Part shown: piece by piece, positions 56,458 through 64,000 of the stretch | How positions within the stretch are numbered: the first letter of the stretch is position 1 | Layout: every line of letters begins with the position of its first letter | Assembly: GCA_963693365.1 (NCBI GenBank) | Contig: CAVNZM010000011.1 | Location: 1,782,989 to 1,846,988 of the forward strand | Direction of reading: 5' to 3' | DNA: 64,000 bases | Origin: Amoebidium appalachense | Lineage: Eukaryota > Protista > Ichthyosporea | Position numbers and translations under genes: made by a program | Notes under the pieces: model-generated | Told to the model about the DNA's origin: nothing | The model's input: only the letters and a program-made list of their open reading frames with translations | Databases searched by the model: none

Positions 56458-58649
56458 CCTCACACAGACAACGCGTCACCACTTGCACGTGGGTGGGCTC
56501 CCTCCTTGCTCACACACTGTCGTCACCTAGTGAACATGGGCGTAGTGGCGCTTGTGTGCAGTGTGATTGTTCTTGCATGAGCGATCGCGCAATGAAGTGA
56601 AAAGAAGTGACAACAGCAGTGCTTTTCTGCTGTGGTTCTTGGAGCTCTCGACGAAACTCGGGCTATCAAGGTTGCTTACGAGAACATAAAACTAGGAAAG
56701 CTCTAGAAATGTTTATACAGGTCGAAGACTTGAGACGAGATTCACAATCCAAAAAGTAAGTGCTTTGCTGTCTGACGTGTTGCCGCTTCACACCTTTGGA
56801 GATTCGTGTGCCTACGTTGCCAGCGGCCATGTGGAGACACCTGCCCACCCGTCTCACGTTAGACACAGCCCTTAAGTAGCATTTTCCAGATGGAGCGAAA
56901 GCAATCTGACGCATAAATGTGTGCAAGAAGAAGGTTCATCAGGAAAAAAGTACAAAGAAAACAACCAGAACACATTTATAGCTGTGTGCAATATTAGCCA
57001 CCCCAAAGCAAGATGTGCTCGCGCACCATTCTTGCACACTTGCTTACGTGTTGCCCTCGCACCGCTACCTACAAGCAAGAAGCACACTCAGACTATGCCC
57101 TTACCCATTGCTTTGAACAAGTGAGCTTCATCGATGAGTACCCTGAAATCTCTCAATGTTCATCTTCACACACACTCTCTCTCTTCCTCACACAAGTAGA
57201 CACACACGTGTGCATACACACCCAAACACCCACCCGCCCACCCGCCCACCCACCCACCCACCCACACGCACACGCACACGCACAAGAAAGCACATTCCTT
57301 TCAAGACCTAGTCATTCTTTTTTTGCACTTGCATTGTGTTTTCTACTCGCTTTCTGACTCACTGCAATTGCCTCTTACCTCGACACATGAGCCTAGTCAC
57401 TTGGTGATAAGTTCTTAGATTACCCTTATTTCCTTCTATCCATACATGCATAAGAACAAACATCTGACCCTTCACGAACACAAATAAATACTTTTTTATC
57501 CGTTTATAAAAACAACCATGACCAATTTTATCCGTTTGCGAACACAACCAAACATCTATCTTTTCCTCTTGAATTTCAGAACCACAAATCCATGCTGTCC
57601 ACCATGCGCAGAGCTGGAAAAGTTGGATTTGATGACCAGAAATCAACCAAAAGCTGAAGCAAATACTTCAGCCATGATTCTTCTACAAGCCACAAATCAA
57701 GAGGTTTATGGTTCAAGAAGGTATTACCGTCACGTTCGTGGATAAAAGATGGGAGAAGAAAGAAGGAGAGAGCAAAATGAACACAGAAACTCTGGCGCCG
57801 AGGTGACAGCTCAGTCCCAAAGCAAAAGATGTTCTGTTGGAAATGCAGAGAAAAACAGAAGCTTAAAAGCGCCGAGAGAAAGATCAAAGAAAACTGGTCG
57901 CTAACCACTTTCCCGCTCCTTGGTATGTTGGTAACAATCTAGTGTAACGATCTTCGTAAGTTTCAGAACAACGACAAAAAATTCTTTCCAAGTAATCATT
58001 CTTCTCATTTCCAGCCAAGATCTCACAACGTATTCCAGATAGAAAAGCAGGATCTGACGCCTTCATCCTACAAAAGCACTCAGAAAGACATACCGCTGGC
58101 AGACACACACGCCAACATTAAACCTGGCGTTTTTTTAAACTCAGATCTGTCTGCGAATGCAAAACAACACGTCAACAGAAAAACAGAAGATCCAACCAGA
58201 CCAAGCAGAGTCTAGACGTACCCATGAGTAGAAAAGAGCAACATAGATCCAGCAGAAGCAAAGATCTCATACGCCTTACAGTTGTACACATACCAAGTGT
58301 GCATAAAAAGGCGAGGAGTCTTACCTTTGAAGATTGCCTGGAAGAAAATGGTGTGGATGATGCTGTCACGTTACCACTTTCAGCTGTCCCTCGTCAAGAC
58401 AGATCTGACCGAGAACCGAAACATAAAGCAGCCCCTTGCTTCAATTTGCTTCTGTGCTGGAAACTACGCTTACCTCAAGTAACCCTCTACTCAAACCTAA
58501 CCAAAAATCTCATCAATAGCGTTCACTTCCTGTCCCAAATGGGAAGATGCAAACATGCACACCTTATGGTCACCTTCAGTTTAGGTGAAAAAAAGCATGT
58601 TCGTGGCCGAATGGGATGGCATGCCTGTATGCAAATGGTATGTTGCGGT

Positions 58650-58850
58650 TTTATTTGGGCGGAGCTTTCATCCAATCAGATTTTTCCCCGCCTAAAGTGA
58701 TCTGCGAATCGGCGCCAAAAATTGCGCAAGTCTTACGCCAACCAAGGTCTTGGCCCTCTGTTTAAAAGCTATAAATAGGCTTCGACTCTTCCTCTGTAGC
58801 TAAAAATAGTTTAGGAACCGTGACCTTCAAGCAGCTGTCCAATCAGCTGC
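58650..58850. promoter_or_regulatory. Candidate promoter for the ankyrin-GATA gene
   Basis: CCAATCAG at ~58672 and ~58839, E2F-like GGCGCCAAAA at 58711-58720 and TTTCCCCGCC at ~58683. Strong minus-strand donors GAG|GTAAGC (58473) and GAG|GTAAGA (57378) lie between here and the ATG, suggesting a spliced 5' leader. Confidence 0.4.
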
Positions 58851-60580
58851 AGGTGTGGCTCACCGCGTGCACTGGTGCAGGGCTGGACTTGACAGTGTTT
58901 GTACAAATGCCGAAATGTACCGGAAACCTTATCATTAATTCACTATGTAGAGTATATTATACAGCAAAAGCCTTTTTTTAAGTTAATAGTGAAGCTTAAA
59001 ATATTGATAAATATATTAATTTGTTATTGGAGCTAGAGTAAGTAGCTCCTGTAGTATTTATGAAGTATACACCCGTTGTAATTCCTGTGGACTGTTATGA
59101 CAGGATAACGGATTTTTGGAAGGTATTCCGGTAATATTGAAACGATTCCACTTTATTCCACGTGGATGGCGTCAGTGGCTCACAGCAACGTGACTTCGAG
59201 TTGAGTGCATACACGTGCACTTGCACTGTATATACAGTCGTCACACGTGGAAGGGAGAGCGGGTGTTCGAGGTGGTAAATACACTAAAATTGCCTATATA
59301 TGCCACTGTTACTGTTTTCACGCGTGCTCGTCTGTGTGCTCACACCTGCGCTTCCCACCAGCCCCAACTCCATGCTATGGACCGAGCCAACGATCGGCAC
59401 TTTTCTTGCGTGTTTGCCTCACCCCCCAACTTTAGAGCCAGCTTGCTTGTGAGCGACGTCATTTCAGTTGTCTCTGTGTCTATACATAGCTTCCCAAAAT
59501 CCTTTTGTAAAACTCTGAAAAGGCCAACGGCACGTGCAACACAGGTGCAATTAATAACTCTTTACGGCAGAGTAAGTTAGTTTCAAAGGACCGCAAGTGT
59601 GCAGCACCATCGAGAAAGCAGATCCAGACCTGTAGAGCTTTATAGTTGTTGGTGAGCTTTGACTACGGTGTGTCCATAACGGCGCAGGGGGGGGGGGGGG
59701 GGGGGGGGGGGGTACTCCTGCTTGTGTTTGTTGTGCATGCGGTGCTAAGCTTGTAAAACTCTGTGATTACTTTGCGAGGGGTAGACTTACCTACACACGA
59801 TGTACCATGCTGTAATAATACATGGCTTGCGTAAAGAAAGCAAGAGATGATAATACCCATTTGAAAACAACGGGTTAGAAGACAACAAATACCCCCATGT
59901 AAAGAGATCTGGACCTCTATACTATTTAGAATTGCACTGAAAACAACACAGGGCTTCTTGTACGTATGCTTGCACAGTTATCCTTGTACTTTGCTGTTTG
60001 GAGCAACCATGAGGTGTGCATTTTCGGAAGACCAGGGAGAACTATGGGTGAGAAGAGCGAGGGGGTCTCCTTAGTATGTTATGCATACTATTTGTGGCGG
60101 TTACTAAACATTCAGTCAAAAGAAAGAAGGGTCTCTTATGAAGGGGATATCAAGACAAAACGGATTAGACCTGAGTAACTGTTTTCTTTGTATTTTCAGT
60201 CTTTGTTTGCTTCGGTGTTGCTGTGCACATCAGTGAGGGGGGAAAGAGTGGGATGGGGAGGTTGGTGGGCAGGGCAAACCACGACAAACGGAGTAAACCT
60301 TGGTTGAGCCCGAGACCAGAGGCATACTGCAGCTAACAAAGGGAATGCAGTGTCTCGGAGACACAGATGTGGATCGGCCAGACCTGCACAGCCTCCCGGT
60401 TGAACAGATATAAAAACCGTCATAAAAAGAGTTCAGAATATGCTTCTGGATATCTAGCTTGCCTAAACCCCCCCCCCCCCCCCCCCCCACCTCCTTCCCC
60501 ATGGCCCCGGGGGTGCCAAGGCTCCCCCCGGCCCTGTATACGCGCATGTACAGACCCTCACCCTCCCGGCCCCCGAAATC

Positions 60581-60616
<36 letters not shown>

Positions 60617-60727
60617 CCCCCTCGAGATCTCCCTCCCCCCACACACACACGGTGTGCAAAAGGTGATTGGCCCCGCGCCGGGTCAAAATTCTGGTGCCGT
60701 GGACGACTAAGGAGCTATGTTTTATAA

Positions 60728-60820
60728 GGCCCCCCGCAATTGAGGATGGGCTCTGCTTATATAATATCATGCAGTGAACTCTCCACTGTTATGAATGTGT
60801 ACTGACTTCGTACCCTATAA
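60728..60820 (+). mobile_element. Truncated, diverged copy of the ~150-bp interspersed repeat
   Basis: TGAGGATGGGCTCTGCTTAT at ~60741-60760 and ACTTCGTACC at ~60805. Confidence 0.55.
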
Positions 60821-60831
60821 CACATATATAT

Positions 60832-60868
<37 letters not shown>

Positions 60869-60917
60869 CCCGTTAACGTTACACAAACGCATACACACAC
60901 ACACACACACACAGGGC

Positions 60918-60962
<45 letters not shown>

Positions 60963-61894
60963 GCCTTGCTCACTTACTACCATCATCATGATCAGCCACG
61001 GCACCGGTTGTAGTAACACTACGTAGCACTTCTGTAGGGGGAGCCTCCCTTGTGCCTGGTGCTACAACCCCCAAGAAAGGCAAAGCTAAGAAATCACTGG
61101 CCACATGTAAGAAATTCAACAGGTGGTGCACCCAGTGGTCAATGTGGCATTTCTGATTAAACCTTCGCAATGTAGGTAACAACGGTAGGGGGATTACGTA
61201 TACAGGCTTTTATCAATTCGCTACGTATACGGCAAGGGGTTGACAATCGGGATCGTGTAACGTTCATATATTTAGGTACAGACATACACAGTTGAGGATA
61301 TGCGCTGCCGATGAATCTCCACACAAAAGGAACGGGTTTTCTCAGCTAAAATTAATCAGATAAATGCATTAGAATTTAGAACTTTAGAAAGTTTAGATGA
61401 CGTTAGCGTGTTATACACATAAGGACTATGAGCTAAGTTGTAAAGTGTACAGCTAAATTCAGCGGCTAACTTAGCACTTGTACATGTATATACCGCGGAT
61501 ATAAAGGCTACTCACAACATAAGACGTACCGCCAATAGTATTCAACGTGACAGCAACATACGGCTAAGATATAGAAATATTTAAACCATCAGGTTGATGC
61601 GAGAAGATGGTTACCAAGATTAGAACACAGAGTGGGCGAAGTATTATTTTAGGGCGTCCTACATACACCGAACTCCTGGAGCACTTCGAAAACAATAATG
61701 CAAATCAATCAAATGGACCGACGAAATGCTAAGTCATTCAACACAAATTAACCTAGTCAAAATATCAAATACATACACACAGATGTAAGCTAAAACACAC
61801 AATCCGTATTGGTCATATGATCCTGTCTCAGTAATCATCCACACACACTGGTTAATCAACCAATCAAACAGCCCTTTTGCTCTAATCGGATCTC

Positions 61895-62075
61895 CTACAC
61901 ATCACCCTCCTCCCCATGTACGGCCTGTATGTCGACATATGTTGAGTCGTCCTGGGCCTCTGCCGACTGCTCTTTGCCCTTGATGCCAGCGCCCGACTTC
62001 AGGTTGAACACCCCGATGTCGGCCGTCATCTGGTGAAACCCACCCAGTCAGATGCATTGTCATTTGCACCCTTAT

Positions 62076-62127
<52 letters not shown>

Positions 62128-62562
62128 ACAAAAAAAAAAAAAAAAAAAAAAAACCTTCCCCCTCCCTTCTCTCCTATCCCCCCCCCCCCCCCCCCCCCCC
62201 CCCACACACACACACCCCCCCCCCCCCCCCCCCCCCCCTCACCCCCCTCCGCCCTCCCGGCGCTTCCTTGCATAAGTTAGAATCAACCAACCACCGAACC
62301 AGGGGAGGGGAACAAAAGGGGGGAGTGTGAGGGGGAGGTGGGGAGGCGGGGGGGGGGGGGGGGGAGCACAAAAGGGTGGTGGTCGCACTGCCCTCGTGCC
62401 TCTACATGCACCTGAAAATACGAATGCACAACACCATATATAGCATGCTCTGTATTCCCTCTCTGAAGGCCCGCTCTGCCTCACCCCCTCGTGTGGTATA
62501 ATTTTCGCTTTATCTCCCGTTGGCCCAAAATTATCACAAACAGGGGCCAACTGGTTTTGTGT

Positions 62563-62602
<40 letters not shown>

Positions 62603-62849
62603 TTTTTTCCTTCTTTTTTTTTTTTTCCGTTTCTTTTTTCCGTTTCTTTTTCCTTTCTTTCTTTCTTTCTTTCTTTCCTTCTTTCTTTCCTTCTTTCTTT
62701 CTTTTTTTTTCTTCTTCCTTCCTTCCTTCCTTTTTCTTTTCTTTTCTTTCCTTCTTTCTTCTTTTCTTCTTTTCTGTTTTTCTTTCTTTCTTTTCTTTTC
62801 TTCTTCTTCTTCTTCTTCTTCTTCTTCTTCTTCTTCTTCTTTTTTTTTT

Positions 62850-62881
<32 letters not shown>

Positions 62882-63766
62882 GGGGGGGGGGAGGGGGGGG
62901 GGGCGAGGGGAGGTCTTAAGGACACCCACCTCCGTATAGGCATCTTCTTCGCCCCCCTCCTCCTGAATGGCTGCTGACTGCGGCAGAGCCAATCTCTTTG
63001 TCTGTTGGTGCCTTAAAGCATTCACTGTGTTCTGGTGCTGTAGAGCATTGAGTGTGCTCTGTTTCTTTAAGGTCTTGATTTTTGTCGATGGTGAAAGTGA
63101 GCCCTGGTCTTGTGATTGGGTGGATTCGATGCAGTGGTTGAGTTCGCATTCCAACGTGGCGACGATTGATTGGCTGTTGGGGCGGTCGGAGGATTCCCAG
63201 GCCCAGCAGCTGAGCATCACTGTGTGTGTGTGTGTGTTAGTGTGTGTGTGTGTGTGTGAGTGTGTGTGTGTGTGTGTGTGTCTTGGTGTTAGCAGGCGAG
63301 CATCAAGAGGCAACGGGTTGAAACCACACAATTTGTCTATACCACCAGCTGATGGAGAAGAAAAATGGAGTAGGCCAAGGGGCGAAAGGGCGGTGTGCAC
63401 AAAAGGGGAGCTAGCCGACATTTAGGTGGACATGTGTGTCTACGTGTGTGTGCACAAAAAGGGAGCTAGCCGACATTTAGGTGGACATGTGTGTCTACGT
63501 GTGTGTGCACAAGCAGGTGGGCCACGGATTCGGACACCGTGAGCATAGTGCACACTGACAGTTATGAATAGGGAAGGGAGGGGCAGGAGAGGGTATTGGA
63601 TAGCGGTGGGATATATCTTACGTTGATATACGGAGTCCGGGCAGCCCTCGGGCTGCTTCAATCTGATATTGTAGGAAAGGCCTTCGAGCATCACAGACAT
63701 GAACGATTGGCCGGGGACAGGGTGGAAAAGCGTGCCGTAGGGGATATCTCCATAACTGAATGTCTC
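61895..63766 (-). CDS. Protein tyrosine kinase, last three exons (gene continues beyond the right edge)
   Basis: Exons 63766-63622, 63219-62930 and 62029-61895: ETFSYGDIPY..RLKQPEGCPDSVYQ|LMLSCW....DRP (TK subdomains IX-XI), then a tail with EEDAYTE|M and DDSTYVDI. Confidence 0.88.
63394..63512. repeat. 56-bp tandem duplication in a kinase intron
   Basis: TGTGCACAAAA.GGGAGCTAGCCGACATTTAGGTGGACATGTGTGTCTACGTGTG x2. Confidence 0.9.
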
Positions 63767-64000
63767 CTGGTGGGGCAAAAAACGATGCGATTAGATAGCC
63801 TGAAAATGGATATACGCTATATGCGAGGAATGGTTGGCAGCCATGGTTAAAGGGATAGGACATGTATCTACTATACAATGCATAGCCGAGGTCCATGGGT
63901 CTATGCGAATTTTGGTGTGGATATATATGAGGACAAAGCATTTATGCAGCAGGCCAGTTACTAGGTATGATAGAATAAGTGAGCCCCTCAACATGGCATA

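Noticed and set aside
57518-58700. Plus-strand ORFs of 75 and 158 aa as a viral or transposon gene
   Set aside because: No recognisable motif, frames do not connect, and splice signals point to the opposite strand.
59150-59540. Cluster of CACGTG E-boxes
   Set aside because: CACGTG arises throughout the window at CA/TG repeat junctions, so the cluster is not informative.
59966-60720. Possible plus-strand spliced gene between the GATA and kinase genes
   Set aside because: Splice-like sites are present, but I could not build a phase-consistent protein with any motif.

Overview
Intron-rich eukaryotic nuclear DNA, saturated with (CA)n/(TG)n, (GA)n and 20-60 nt C/G homopolymers, so most of the supplied ORF track is low-complexity noise. 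By hand-splicing I recover seven spliced genes: an SLC35B4/YEA4-type nucleotide-sugar transporter (-), a PPR protein (-), mitoribosomal DAP3/mS29 (+), a three-repeat Myb (+), a tandem C2-C2 protein (+, with a 1-nt frame break), an ankyrin + double GATA-finger protein (-) and the 3' end of a protein tyrosine kinase (-). There is also an intronless secreted 8-Cys mini-protein, a decayed ABCB (MDR-type) pseudogene, a rearranged non-LTR retrotransposon, MITE-like foldbacks and a ~150-bp interspersed repeat family. A tyrosine kinase with phosphotyrosine docking motifs together with this gene architecture suggests a unicellular holozoan such as an ichthyosporean; that is inference only. The most interesting signals concern splicing: a clear U12-type intron, (GT)n...(AC)n and poly-C...poly-G tracts sitting directly at splice sites, an intronic repeat that is always sense to its host gene, and a triplicated exon/donor junction. 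All exon coordinates are manual and lack transcript support.
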